DNA of 63,971 bases, filler included, from Octopus bimaculoides (Eukaryota), in NCBI RefSeq assembly GCF_001194135.2. It is 8 parts of 6 records of this genome, joined end to end, with 100 filler letters (N's around TTAATTAATTAA, not from the genome) between each part and the next. Parts side by side here need not be neighbours in the genome. Positions count along the whole stretch, not along the records: positions 25,003 to 43,685 come from NC_069004.1; positions 43,786 to 52,199 come from NC_068988.1; 6 more parts are not named here. One strand, given 5' to 3'. Below are positions 37,367-52,069 of this stretch, in pieces (within the stretch, counting starts at the first letter, position 1; every line of letters begins with the position of its first letter). The notes below the pieces were generated by a model that worked only from the letters and a program-made list of their open reading frames with translations, ran no database searches and was not told the origin of the DNA. Both the position numbers and the translations under genes were made by a program.

Positions 37367-38759
37367 TGCGTATGGGGCCAAATGCCCACATATTACAGCA
37401 GGGACGGCAAATTCTTTATATCATTTACCACTGCATGAAACCAGGGATGTATGACCAACCCATCATGTAAATTTCTAGAATAAAATTGGTTCCAAAATTT
37501 AGCAAAAGGCCAGAAAATTCTGGGAAGGGAGTAAGTCGATTGTATCGACCCCATTGTTCAACCGGAACTTATTCTAACGACTCCTGAAAAAATTTTCAGT
37601 CCGAACGTTAAAGACGAACTAAACGCTGTTTAGAATTTTACTCGTCAGGCTATCGATTCTGCCATGTAGGCGCCTGAAATTGTAGAATATAATTAAAAGG
37701 CATAAAAAGTAGAAAAGAATCACTTTATTTCAAAAACAATTCTACTTTCATTCTTTTGTGTCATAATCACATTTTGTGAATAAGAAATGTTTATTAAAAA
37801 TAAATGAAACTGCTGAACGAAACTCATAAAGTGCAATAGAAATTTTCCCATATAAAATTGATATTTTCGAAATATTTAATGTTTATCGACATCTCTGATA
37901 TCCACGAAAACAAAAGCCTCCTGGGACCAACATTGACACTTTGCATATCCCTTTTCTGGAATCATTTCGCTCCATCCGACTCCTCCCCAAAAAACGAGTC
38001 ATTGACATTTAGAGGAATGTATAATATATAAGCATATCAACTACGTTTTGTTTCATTTCCTTGTAATATATGAGACAAAAGGGAGATGTTATAGCGAGTT
38101 GTAAGATTGTAGTTTTTGCATGAACGTGACAATTCTGTATAACTAACTATGAACCTAAAGTAAATTTCATTGTAGATTAATTATCGTTAATTAATTAGAA
38201 AGCTGAAATGAGAAAAAAGAGCATTAGAAATATGCCTAACACTTAACGTAATATATGTATGTGCGTTTCTCTGTGTGTGCCTCTGTCTGTGTGTCTGTCT
38301 GTCTGTGTGAATGCATGCATGCATGCATAGTAGTAATTTAGAATAAGAGGAATATGAAATACTGTACAAATTTATAATAATTATGATAGAGGTCGGTCTG
38401 TAATAATGCATTATAATGTATTATGAACAGAGCACTTCCATGAGATACATTAGCTCCAAACGAATGCCGCAGTAAATTTATATTGTGGCGTTTTATTTAA
38501 GTACAATACACATATAAATGGATATTTTTAACCTAATATTGCTTCTATTGTACATAACGTATTATAATCGTTTTAGTTTCCAATACATTAATTAGCAAAG
38601 TTTCTATAAAAATATACTTATATTGTTTAATAAAACCCATAATGTTCAGCTTTAAAACATGCTATTATCTGCTCTAAATGATACAATATCCTTTAAAAGA
38701 ACGCGACCCCTTGTCAAAAGGGAATATTTTTAGCTGGAGTTATGTTGATGTTGGCGAAA

Positions 38760-39925
38760 CTGCTACCTATTCTATCGACCCCGAAACTGGGAAAGACAAA
38801 GTCAACTTAGGGGGAATTAGAACAGACGGAATACTGTTAATCATTTTGGCTGGCGAACAAACGATTCTACCAGTTCGCCGCATTATGGAATTATATTTTG
38901 AAAATGCGGTGGACTGACGGAATTGTTAGTACGCCGGGCGAACAGCTTTGCAGCACTTCGTCCGTCTTCGTGCTCTGAGTTCTAATTCCCCTGAGGTTGA
39001 TGCGGGGTCGATAAAATAACTACCAACTGAACAATGAGGTTAAAGTAATGGACTTGACTACTTCCCCGAAAATGCTGGCCTTGTGACAAAATGTTAACCC
39101 AATATTATATTATATACTTTGAAAAGCGATGGGCTTTTTATGTTCTGATTTCAAATTCCACCGTGGTTGACTTTGCCTTTCATCCTCTCGGGGTTGATAA
39201 AATAAGTACCATTTGATCACTGTGGTCGAAGGCGGCTGTCTGGCAGAATCGTTAGCACACCTGGCGAAGTGCTGAGCGGTATTTCGTCTGTCTTTACGTT
39301 CTGAGTTCAAATTCCGCCGAGGTCGACTTTGCCTTTCATCCTTTCGGGGTCGATAAATTAAGTACCAGTTACGCACTGGAGTCGATATAATCGACTTAAT
39401 CCCTTTATCTGTCCTTGTTTGTCCTCTCTGTGTTTAGCCCCTTGTGGGCAATAAAGAAATAAGAATCGTTAGCGCGACGGGGAAAATGCTTAGCGCATTT
39501 TTTGTTGAAAAGTACGTTAAGTGAATGTGGGTAGTAAACATTTTATTCTTTTACTTGTTTCAGTCATTTCGACGGCGGCCATGCTGGAGCACCGCCTTTA
39601 GTCGAACAAATTGACCCCCAGGACATATTCTTTGTAAGCCTGGTACTTATTCTGTCGCTTTCATTTGCCGAAGCACCGAGTTACGGGGACGTAAACACAC
39701 CAACATCGGTTGTTAGGCGATGGTAGGGGACAAAAACATACATACACCCCCCACACACACACGACGGGCTTATTTCAGTTTCTGTCTACCAAATCCACTC
39801 ACAAAGAATTGGTCGGCCCGAGGCTATAGTAGAAGACACTTGCCCAAGTTTCCACGCAATGGGACTGAACTCCGAACCATGTGGTTCGTAATCAAGCTAC
39901 TTGCCACAGAGCCACTCCTGCGACT
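38760..39925. mobile_element. SINE cluster: family B (-, ~38760-38885), three family B (+, ~38905-39470) and family A (-, ~39540-39925)
   Basis: Repeated diagnostic motifs GAGTTCAAATTCC / GGTCGACTTTGCCTTTCATCC / GGTCGATAAA, plus the family A head and tail. Confidence 0.8.
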
Positions 39926-40576
39926 ATAGCAAAATAAATCCGGCAATGCGGGTGATATTCTGTTGCTTATTTCCATGTATTTGATATAAAATAATAATGG
40001 GAAATATTTTGTGTTATATCACAGAATAATTAGAGATTAAATGTCAATATGTTTTGTATCTGCGAGATTCAGGAGAAAATTATTTTATTAGAACGGCGCT
40101 AATTTTAATATACTAAATCATTATCGATGAGATTATTGATAACAAGAAATAATTTGAATATAAACGAATACTTTTAAGACAATTAGATCAATGGACACTT
40201 ATCAAGATACAACAAACTATGGAATATTTTACCCTCAGCTTTTATAACAGAGCAACGCAACTTGAACAATTTTGAGAAATGTGTGATTGTATTTTTGGTT
40301 GGAGTGACGAACGATTCATCTTTGTGGATGATATCTTTATGAAGTTACTTTGGAAAGGAAGTCGTCTTTGCGATAACTATGTCGGAAGCGATAATAAATT
40401 CATTAAAGTTTGTTACGGAAAGAGGTGTAAAGTGTCTAGCACTGTTTTGTGATTCTACTTAACGTATAACTCATATTGGTGTCAAACTTAAAAACAAGTG
40501 ATGAAGTGTTGTTAAATTGAGAGATAACTGTATTGTGTGTATACATATATATGTGTATATATATATGCATATATAT

Positions 40577-40625
<49 letters not shown>

Positions 40626-40971
40626 TACATATATGTGTGTGTGTAGATATACATACATATATATATATATATGTTTATGTAGGTTGGCAGGCAGGCAAAC
40701 AGGCAGACAGACAGTCAGGCAGACAGACAGGCAGTCACGCAGACAGACAGACAAACATATAGATAGCTAGATATATAGACAGATATACAGATATATACAT
40801 AGCGAGATAGATATATACGTATATATATATATATATATACATACATATATAGACATATAAATATGAATATATATACCTAGATGCACACAGGTGTATGTGT
40901 ATATATAGATGGAAGTATACATATAAGTAGAGGTAAAGACATTTATAAATATTTGCACATATTTGCGCATA

Positions 40972-41013
<42 letters not shown>

Positions 41014-41324
41014 GTTGTGTTTAAAATGGGTGTTTTTACTACACTAATGAACAAATCATACATTTCTTCAAAGGCGTTTCTTTTTTTTTTTTTTTAGTAT
41101 AAGTAAAAATGCAATTAGGTCGATAAATAATAAGTAGGGTAAGAAATAAGAAATACGATAGCACGTGAAAACGTCATGACGGCATTTATGTTAACATTTA
41201 CAGCCCAATGTAAAACTTAAGTAGAATATCCGTAGATTTCCCATGGGATTTTTAAAGGTTAATTGCGGCAGGATTGTCTTATAATGTTAAAAGGTGTGTG
41301 ACAATGGACAGGTAGGTGAGCATT

Positions 41325-41485
41325 TAAATGGAGTGGCTGTGTGCTAATAAGCTTGCTTACCAACCACATGAATCCGGTTTCAGTCCTACAGCGTGGAATC
41401 TTGGTCAAGTGCCTTCTACTATCGACTCAGGCCGAGCAAAGCCTTGTGAGTGGATTTGGCAGACGGAAACTGAAAGGCATTCGTC

Positions 41486-41490
<5 letters not shown>
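41325..41490 (+). mobile_element. Family A SINE head running into (TA)n(TG)n and an N gap
   Basis: GGAGTGGCTGTGTG...GCTTGCTTACCAACCACATG...GGATTTGGCAGACGGAAACTGAAAG. Confidence 0.8.
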
Positions 41491-41542
<52 letters not shown>

Positions 41543-41747
41543 CGTGTGTGTGTGTGTGTGTGTGTNNNNNNNNNNNNNNNNNNNNNNNNNNNNNNNNNNN
41601 NNNNAAATAGTGATGAAAAACATAAATCAGACATACGACCAGATCGACTTACGACTAGTCAGACGTAACGGAACTCGTTCGTAAGTCGAGGAGAGGGGGT
41701 ATTTACTATTGTGTATAAAGTACAGTTCGTTTGAAGGATCTCTAATA

Positions 41748-41965
41748 TAATCCTTTCTACTGCAGGGACAAGGCCTGAAATTTGGGGGAAAGGGTAAGTC
41801 GATCTCATCGACCCCAGTGCGTAACTAGTAATTAATCTATCAACCCCAAGAGGATGCAAGGTAAAGTCGACCTCGGTGGAATTTGAACTCAGAACTTTGC
41901 GACGAGCGAAATATCTCTAAGCATTTCTTCCAGCACGCTAACATTTCTACCAGCTCACCGCCTTA
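41748..41965 (-). mobile_element. Family B SINE (further minus copies at ~37500-37680, ~43110-43325, ~55670-55800, ~56700-57115)
   Basis: Plus strand shows AAAGTCGACCTCGGTGGAATTTGAACTCAGAAC, the reverse complement of the family B core. Confidence 0.8.
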
Positions 41966-43808
41966 ATCTCTAAAATAATGATACTCGACGGGGTGCGTAG
42001 CTTGAAGGGCAGTGATTTCCTTTCCAGGTCGAGCCGCTCTTTCTCTGCATTGGCCTGTCACAGCCCCAGGTATACGGCTCGTGATTAGAATGTCGCAGGA
42101 AAGAATCTCAAGGTAGATTCTTCAAGCCCTCTCAACAGACAGGAAACCTTGGAGCTGATCAACAGTGGTACGTTTGGATAATCCCCATACTCACAAGAAT
42201 ACAATAGGGAAATGTAACGGCGTTGCCTCCGATAGAACTCTACGGGAGTAGTGTTTGAGTGTTCTATCCCCACGATCTTCCATTAATTGTGATCTAAGAT
42301 AGATGGAGGAATTTAATGAAAATCGAAAGCCCTTTCATCATAAGTATGATTCTTGGTAAAATGCCAGCAATTTGAAAGTTGATTACATGCTGATTACAAC
42401 CCCAGTCCTTCACCGGTGTTTCATTTTGTCGATATCGAAAAGGTGAACGACTAAATGTGTCTCGGTAAAATTTTAGTTCCAAACGTAATGAGTCGAGTCA
42501 GAAGAAATACGTTAAGCATTTTCTCCGATACGTAAGCGATCGCGCTAATTCACCACATTAATCTAGTTTGTAATAACGTTGCACAATAATCAATCTATCT
42601 CAGTTCCTAATTTGATATGAAGCCTGTAAATGATATTCCGCGAAGCCAGGATCTCATAAAGTCATATTGTTATTAATTCATTGGATAATTTTGGATGCTA
42701 TTGGTGTTGTAGATTATGAAATGACTCTCTTTAACTCGTTAATTAGTATCAGCTCGGGAGCTGCGGCCATTCTGGGGCACCGGTGAACTTCTCTTCATAG
42801 ATGCATACCGTGCGATTATCATATATTACTTAAGTGTCTGATTTTCGTCGATCTCTTTTAGATGTCTCAATCGTTATGGATACCTTTAAAGAAATACACA
42901 CACACACAGTTAGATAGATAGAATCTGAGCTTTTAGTTGGGAAGACGGCTTTGCAGTTTGCATTTAGATTGCACCGCATCAAACATTGCTGTCTCAGTGG
43001 TTGTTAATCTTGAATTGCCATCGGTGGCGTTGCAACTTTGCATCGTTCAAACGCAATTTTTATTTCTGGGCAATCGTGGTTTGTATTATTCCGATTTCTT
43101 ATTTCTTTACTGCCCACCAGCGGCTACACACAGAAGGGACAAACAAGGACAGACAAACGGATTAAGTCGATTATATCGACCCCAGTGCGTAACTGGTAAT
43201 AACCCCGAAATGATGAAATGCAGAGTCAACCGCGGCAGAATTGAACTCAGAACGTAGCGGCAGGCGAAAAACCGCTAAGCATTTCGTCCGGCGTGCTGAC
43301 GTTTCTGCCAGCTCGGCAGCTTAATATTCCGATTTCTATCTATTTACGTGGCCAGCTAACTACGCTTGGATGACAAAGGTCTGAGGATCAATTCACAACA
43401 CAGTCACAAGGACTGGATCATCCGATGAACGTTGACATATAGATGGGGAAAAGAAAGTGATCGGGGCCAGCATAAGCGAACAACAAAAGTTGTCGTTTTC
43501 TGTAAACACAATTAGGTACATAGATATGTTTGAGAGTTTATGCATATCCAAATATTTATGTGAACATGTATATACCTATAATACGTTTATGTGTGTGTGT
43601 GGGTATGTATGTATGTATGTATGTATGTATGTATGTATGTATGTATGTATGTATGTATGTATGTATGTATGTATATATATATATANNNNNNNNNNNNNNN
43701 NNNNNNNNNNNNNNNNNNNNNNNNNNNNNTTAATTAATTAANNNNNNNNNNNNNNNNNNNNNNNNNNNNNNNNNNNNNNNNNNNNATATATATATATATA
43801 TATATATG

Positions 43809-43840
<32 letters not shown>

Positions 43841-45009
43841 TGTATGTGTGTAGGCCATTGGAATAAGTGAGGGAATCTGGGAGGAGAATGTCTTGGATGA
43901 AGTCACAATAAACTGATCGTCCTGTAATTTCTTTTAGCCAAAGCCAGGAACTTTTCAGCACCCGCTTCCTATATAAAATTTGTACATTGAATTGTGAGTG
44001 TTACAGAGAGCTTCATGTGTGTATAATATGAAGAAGAAAAAAAACGTATTATTTTAAGCAAGTTTCAGGCGTACAAATGTTGAACATGTAAGATAAGACT
44101 TAGTCTATGTTGAGATTAGAATCAAATATATTGTGAAGATCGATTTTGAACCAGCGAATGGGCGAAAGCTAAATTTGTGGTAAAGTTGATTTTTACAATG
44201 TACGCTTTTGTGAGTGTATGTGTGCGTGTGTGTGCATGTATGGTGTATGTGCGTGTGTGTATGGATTGCATATAGATATATATATGTATATGTATGTGGG
44301 TGTATGTATGTGTGTACTGCATATACATATGTGTGCCTGTAAGCATGTATACTGTGCATGTAAGTGTATATACGTACACACACACACATATATATATATG
44401 TTGTAAATATCACATATATCTACATAAATATATATATATACATATGCATCAATATATATATATTTGATATACATATGTACACATATTATATGTACATAAT
44501 TTATATATATACATNNNNNNNNNNATATATATATATATATATATATAAACTGTATGTATATAAACTGTATGTATGTGTATATAAACTACATATATAAACA
44601 CACACACACACATATATATATATACATACATAGCTACACAAACTTACATATCCATGTGCGTGTGTGTGTGAACACGCAAAACTTGCGCATTGTCAAAATC
44701 AGAAAACAGTCGACTGAACAAATGACAGTATTGATAGTAAATTCGAACGTTGAACGTTTCAAATTGAGGAAGAGACTGCTAGTTTCTGTCTGTATATAAA
44801 TATATGTTTATAACTATGTATGAATATCGCCATTGTTAATAGAGATTGGCTAAAGACAGAAGCAGAGCTGTTTGAGTGCCCCCTCTCAAAGGACTATGAA
44901 ACTGAAGGGGCGGATACAAGCAATCTGAGTACCAGCAACATATATACACTACGTACATATACACAAATATGTATATAAATATGTACATGTATAAAATACA
45001 TACATTCCT

Positions 45010-45045
<36 letters not shown>

Positions 45046-45468
45046 NNNNNNNNNNNNNNNNNNNNNNNNNNNNNNNNNNNNNNNNNNNNNNNNNNNNNNN
45101 NNNNNNNNNNNNNNNNNNNNNNNNNNNNNNNNNNNNNNNNNNNNNNNNNNNNNNNNNNNNNNNNNNNNNNNNNNNNNNNNNNNNNNNNNNNNNNNNNNNN
45201 NNNNNNNNNNNNNNNNNNNNNNNNNNNNNNNNNNNNNNNNNNNNNNNNNNNNNNNNNNNNNNNNNNNNNNNNNNNNNNNNNNNNNNNNNNNNNNNNNNNN
45301 NNNNNNNNNNNNNNNNNNNNNNNNNNNNNNNNNNNNNNNNNNNNNNNNNNNNNNNNNNNNNNNNNNNNNNNNNNNNNNNNNNNNNNNNNNNNNNNNNNNN
45401 NNNNNNNNNNNNNNNNNNNNNNNNNNNNNNNNNNNNNNNNNNNNNNNNNNNNNNNNNNNNNNNNNNNN

Positions 45469-45531
<63 letters not shown>

Positions 45532-45861
45532 AATATATGTATATACAAATATAAAAAATAGATAAATATATATGTATATAAATATATGCATATATATCAC
45601 GTATATATAAATGTATGTGTATGTGTTTAATATATAGATGTGTACTGAAGCCACATTTGGTCAAAATTTTTGCATCCAAGTATACTTGAATATTTGGAAA
45701 TTTCATTCCCTTCCGGGTGTGTAGATGTGACATACGGCAGTTGGATCTTGGGACGACACTTGTTTTCCCTATCCAAAGTACAGGACATCACATCATCAAT
45801 GGCATATGTCTCCATGTATGTAAATATATATGCCGCAGAGATATGTATTTGTGTAAGTCTA

Positions 45862-45909
<48 letters not shown>

Positions 45910-46122
45910 TTGTGCAGATGCGTGTGAGAAACATCAACTGCCCACTTATGTACTTCAATACACGCCTACACGTCCGAGTAATGGTCAGTGTAAGTCACAC
46001 ATACTATGTCCATTGGATTAAAAGATGAAAACCTGAAGGCAGTACACAAATAATTGCACGCATATACAGCAGGGACATACATACACACATATATGTATGA
46101 ATTCATATGTATATATATATGA

Positions 46123-46178
<56 letters not shown>

Positions 46179-46762
46179 GTATAGATGGATTAAATAGAAA
46201 GATAGACAGATATGTATTTATTTTTTGTTTATTCAAGAATTAATAAATTTCAGTTATTTCCCACTGCGTTGAAAAGATTATACAATGAAATTTAAACAGT
46301 AATAAAATCCAGATATATGCACACACAAACGCACACATATATAAACGTGGTTATTCCTATGCATATATGTATACACATACATAACGAAATATATATATAT
46401 CATATATATGTATGTGTGTATATATATATATATATATATTAATACATATATACCTACTTATAAACACATACAAATAATGCAATTGATAGCTTTCTAGCTA
46501 TATCTAGAGGAATAATTGAATATATTTGTGGATATATATATGCATGTATGTATATATACATATATATACATATATGTATATATAACTTAGATATGTTTCG
46601 ACGAAAGATTGGTCTAGGTCATATCTAACTAAACAGCACTACCTGATATATATACATATAAACATGAATACATATATATATATATACATATAAATGCATA
46701 GATTATATTTTTGTATAAGTACATGCGTGTGCATATATGTATGTATGTATATATATACATAC

Positions 46763-46803
<41 letters not shown>

Positions 46804-47588
46804 TCTGCGGTGGAAGCGCTGTACACGTGATTAAAAAATACCCGTGGGTGCGTTATATCTTATATATCAATAGATTATTACGTCCACATGGCTGATAGGG
46901 TGTAATATATAAATTATAATTGAAAATCCATGTAATAAACATGAGACTTTTACATATATATATACATGGANNNNNNNNNNNNNNNNNNNNNNNNNNNNNN
47001 NNNNNNNNNNNNNNNNNNNNNNNNNNNNNNNNNNNNNNNNNNNNNNNNNNNNNNNNNNNNNNNNNNNNNNNNNNNNNNNNNNNNNNNNNNNNNNNNNNNN
47101 NNNNNNNNNNNNNNNNNNNNNNNNNNNNNNNNNNNNNNNNNNNNNNNNNNNNNNNNNNNNNNNNNNNNNNNNNNNNNNNNNNNNNNNNNNNNNNNNNNNN
47201 NNNNNNNNNNNNNNNNNNNNNNNNNNNNNNNNNNNNNNNNNNNNNNNNNNNNNNNNNNNNNNNNNNNNNNNNNNNNNNNNNNNNNNNNNNNNNNNNNNNN
47301 NNNNNNATACATATATATATATATACATACAAGCATATATTCATATATATGAAGACAAATATACATAAACGGATATGTGCATACATATATATAGATATAT
47401 ATATGCCTACATATATACCTATGTCTACATTTGTTGTGTACATATATGCACGCACACATATACACATATATGCGTATGTTTAAATATTACAAACACATAT
47501 ATCCAGATGATTACGCTCACACAAACATATAAACATACATACATGCAAACAAAAATACATACATATATATACATATATATATATATGT

Positions 47589-47628
<40 letters not shown>

Positions 47629-47986
47629 NNNNNNNNNNNNNNNNNNNNNNNNNNNNNNNNNNNNNNNNNNNNNNNNNNNNNNNNNNNNNNNNNNNNNNNN
47701 NNNNNNNNNNNNNNNNNNNNNNNNNNNNNNNNNNNNNNNNNNNNNNNNNNNNNNNNNNNNNNNNNNNNNNNNNNNNNNNNNNNNNNNNNNNNNNNNNNNN
47801 NNNNNNNNNNNNNNNNNNNNNNNNNNNNNNNNNNNNNNNNNNNNNNNNNNNNNNNNNNNNNNNNNNNNNNNNNNNNNNNNNNNNNNNNNNNNNNNNNNNN
47901 NNNNNNNNNNNNNNNNNNNNNNNNNNNNNNNNNNNNNNNNNNNNNNNNNNNNNNNNNNNNNNNNNNNNNNNNNNNNNNNNNNNNNN

Positions 47987-48053
<67 letters not shown>

Positions 48054-48632
48054 GTGTGTGTAAACATCGGGAAGACTGAGGTACTATATAATGTTAATGA
48101 ATAATTTATAATAATTTTTAGTATACATAACGTCTCAAAATCTAATGTTCTGTGTTACCTGAATCTAAGAATTTTCACTTGCTATTCGAATATTGTCTTT
48201 TCTTATAGTTTTGTCCTTATTTGTTATTTCAATGTACTTCTGACCAAACTGAGTTCGTTTCCATTTATATTATACCTAAGAAATATTGTGGGCTTTTTGC
48301 TATTTCAATAAATTATATAACACACTGTATATACATATGTATATACGCATATATATTTGTACGCGAAAATATGTATATGTCCATATATGTGTGTATATGT
48401 GTATATATGTATATATACACACACACATGCCAATCTTGGAGCAATAGAATTAAATATGTATATACATATTCACCTACGTACAAACACAGGTATTTTTGTA
48501 TATATATATATGTATATATTTGCATACGTACCTATTCATATATATATTTATATACATGTATATGTATATATCTATATATAAGTATATATATATATAGATA
48601 TATATATATATATATATATATANNNNNNNNNN

Positions 48633-48667
<35 letters not shown>

Positions 48668-49205
48668 TTATATATAGATATACACACACACACACATATG
48701 TTTGTGTATATATGTATATACAAATAGATAAATATATATAAACAGACGCACATTCATATCAATATGTACATCCACACACACACACACACACTCACACACA
48801 CATATATATGTATGCATGTATGTATACATGGATATGTGAATGTATGTATATATGAATATATACATACATACATGCATATATATATATATATATATGCATG
48901 TATGTATATATGAATATATGTATGTCTGTATATATGAATATATCTATGAACATGTTTGTGTTTTTCTTTGTGTATGTATATAGATTTGCCTCTATATGCA
49001 TATGCACGTAAAGTTGGTCTTGCGATCGCGTGTGCAAAAATACGATTGGGAGAAAATTATGAGTGGACTTGCTGTAATGACTGTCATGGTCGGAGTGGAT
49101 TCCTCTAACACCGGGTCCAAATGCTGTAGGCGAACATGGAAAACATTTTATCTGTCCCACTACGATATGATTATGAATGTAGTTTATGTATATTTGTGTG
49201 TGTGA

Positions 49206-49246
<41 letters not shown>

Positions 49247-49994
49247 TCTCTCTCTCTGTATATATATGTGTGTGTGCGTGTGTGTGTATGTGTGTGTGTG
49301 TGCGTGTGTGTATATGAATGTATAATAATCATACCCATACTTCTGTCTCATCTGTGTATTTCTAAGTTTACGTGACTCTAAGCTTAAAAGTTATGCGTTG
49401 GCCATGTTGCTATTTGTATATATATATATANNNNNNNNNNNNNNNNNNNNNNNNNNNNNNNNNNNNNNNNNNNNNNNNNNNNNNNNNNNNNNNNNNNNNN
49501 NNNNNNNNNNNNNNNNNNNNNNNNNNNNNNNNNNNNNNNNNATATATATAGTTATGTTTGCATGTACGTATGTATATATGTATGTAGGGATTAATGTATA
49601 TTTGTATATATGCAAGGATGCGCTTGTGTGTGTGTGTGTTTAGATGTGTTTCGCAAATGCAATCGTTTAAGTGTGTGTAAACACTTATTAGCTAACAACT
49701 GGAATATCAACTTCATCTATTGACATTTCTGTCGCTCGTTTTCTATTTTTCAATGACAGCCCCAATCTTGACAAAGTGTCCACTTGTTTTGTTTGTTGTT
49801 ATTATTGTTGTTGTTGATGTTGGTGCTGTTGTTGTTGTTGTCGTTTATTATGTATGTTTGTTTTGTATTGCTTTGCTTTGTTTTACTTCCATGGGTCCTG
49901 TTTACGTATTTTGGTCTGTGATATGATATTTTGCAAAGACCTATCTATCTTACCAAGATTCTCTGAATCAACATATATTGGATAAAGATCGGAT

Positions 49995-50243
49995 GAAGAT
50001 CTTTCCCGAATCATACAGACACATAGTGCCGGATTCCCGGTCTCCGTGGCGTGTAGATCTCCCCACCGGGAAGGGACGCCAGTCTCTCGCAGGATAACTC
50101 ACTTTTACCAGCTGAATGGATTAAAGCAACGTGAAATGAAGTGTTTTGCTCAAGATTACAACTTGTTACCCAGTCCAGGAATCAAAACTACAATCTTACG
50201 TTCATGAGTCCAACGCCCTAACCACTAAGCCACGCGCCTCCGC
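49995..50243 (-). mobile_element. tRNA-derived SINE, family C (CORE-like central domain)
   Basis: Minus strand reads GGCGCGTGGCTTAGTGGTTAGGGCGTTGGACTC (A box)...GTTTTGATTCCTGG (B box)...TTGAGCAAAACACTTCATTTCACGTTGCT. Confidence 0.7.
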
Positions 50244-50584
50244 ATATCAATATATATATATATCACCTGTAACCAGAAACTATTATTAATTATCTATTTT
50301 TGTTTATATTTTTATACTTTCTCTATTTTGTTGCCAAGACAACGCTTAGGGAAACAAACCTAAGGTACGGCATGAATATATAAATATTCACAGATGGAAG
50401 TTAAGACCGGAGTTGATTGAACCAAATGAAGTGTTTCGCTGTTTTATTATTAATAATTTTTTTTGTCGAACTTGGTAAGTTAAACTCGGTTGGGAATTGA
50501 ACTCACACTCAAATAACTAAATGAAATAGTCCATTGCATTACTTCCTGCTTTCTAACGATTCTACCAAATAAAAACAAAACTGC

Positions 50585-50661
<77 letters not shown>

Positions 50662-51554
50662 TATTTATTGTAAAGAGATATTAATTTTCCATATATATAT
50701 CTCACAAGATACGTATATGTGTGTGTGAGTGTGTATACACACATGTTTGTATATATATATATAATGTAAAGATATATATATATATATNNNNNNNNNNNNN
50801 NNNNNNNNNNNNNNNNNNNNNNNNNNNNNNNNNNNNNNNNNNNNNNNNNNNNNNNNNNNNNNNNNNNNNNNNNNNNNNNNNNNNNNNNNNNNNNNNNNNN
50901 NNNNNNNNNNNNNNNNNNNNNNNNNNNNNNNNNNNNNNNNNNNNNNNNNNNNNNNNNNNNNNNNNNNNNNNNNNNNNNNNNNNNNNNNNNNNNNNNNNNN
51001 NNNNNNNNNNNNNNNNNNNNNNNNNNNNNNNNNNNNNNNNNNNNNNNNNNNNNNNNNNNNNNNNNNNNNNNNNNNNNNNNNNNNNNNNNNNNNNNNNNNN
51101 NNNNNNNNNNNNNNNATATATATATATATATATATATTTATTTATTTATTTATGTGTTTCAGCCAAGTGGCTGCGGTCATGCTGGTGCACCACTAAAGAA
51201 TTTTAATGACAGTGACTCCGTACTTTCAGACGGCTTCGGCAGCCAAACTTCGAAGTCACAGTCAATACTGTACTTGTTCAGGAATATTAAATTTGTGGTC
51301 TACCAAACGGATTGAGAAATCCTTCAGATTAATGTAAAATTATTTTCACTATACCACAAAAAAACGAAATCAAAATACACTTTGGACATCTTATTATGCC
51401 ATATCGAAGTCGCTCAAATTGGAGAATTCAACTCTAGAATACATTTTAGATTATATCCTAAATTTTGTTAAGTTCAATTAATAAATAGTTTGCAATACTC
51501 TATAAACCAGTGTCTGCATAATGAGAATTTGGCTTTAGTTGCCAGTTACTAACG

Positions 51555-51636
<82 letters not shown>

Positions 51637-51844
51637 CATTATTATCAGTATTATTATTATTATTATTATTATCATTATTATTATTATTATTATTATGACT
51701 CTTATTGTTTCATTCCATGTTGATTCCAATTCTTGCTAAGTGTGTCTCCCCAACACCTAGGGCAAAGAAACTCACTGAAAACAACTCACCAGATTGACAA
51801 AATCGATGTTTTGTAAAAAATTATATTTCAAATACATACACACA

Positions 51845-51875
<31 letters not shown>

Positions 51876-51957
51876 TCACACACACACATATATATATATA
51901 AGTATATGTATATATATATATATACGTATATGTGTATGTATATATGTATACATATGT

Positions 51958-51991
<34 letters not shown>

Positions 51992-52032
51992 GCATATATA
52001 TATTTATATATATTTATACATATACATATACA

Positions 52033-52069
<37 letters not shown>

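Noticed and set aside
45627-45830. Unique island with open frames on both strands between microsatellites
   Set aside because: About 60 codons, no polypyrimidine acceptor and no recognisable similarity.
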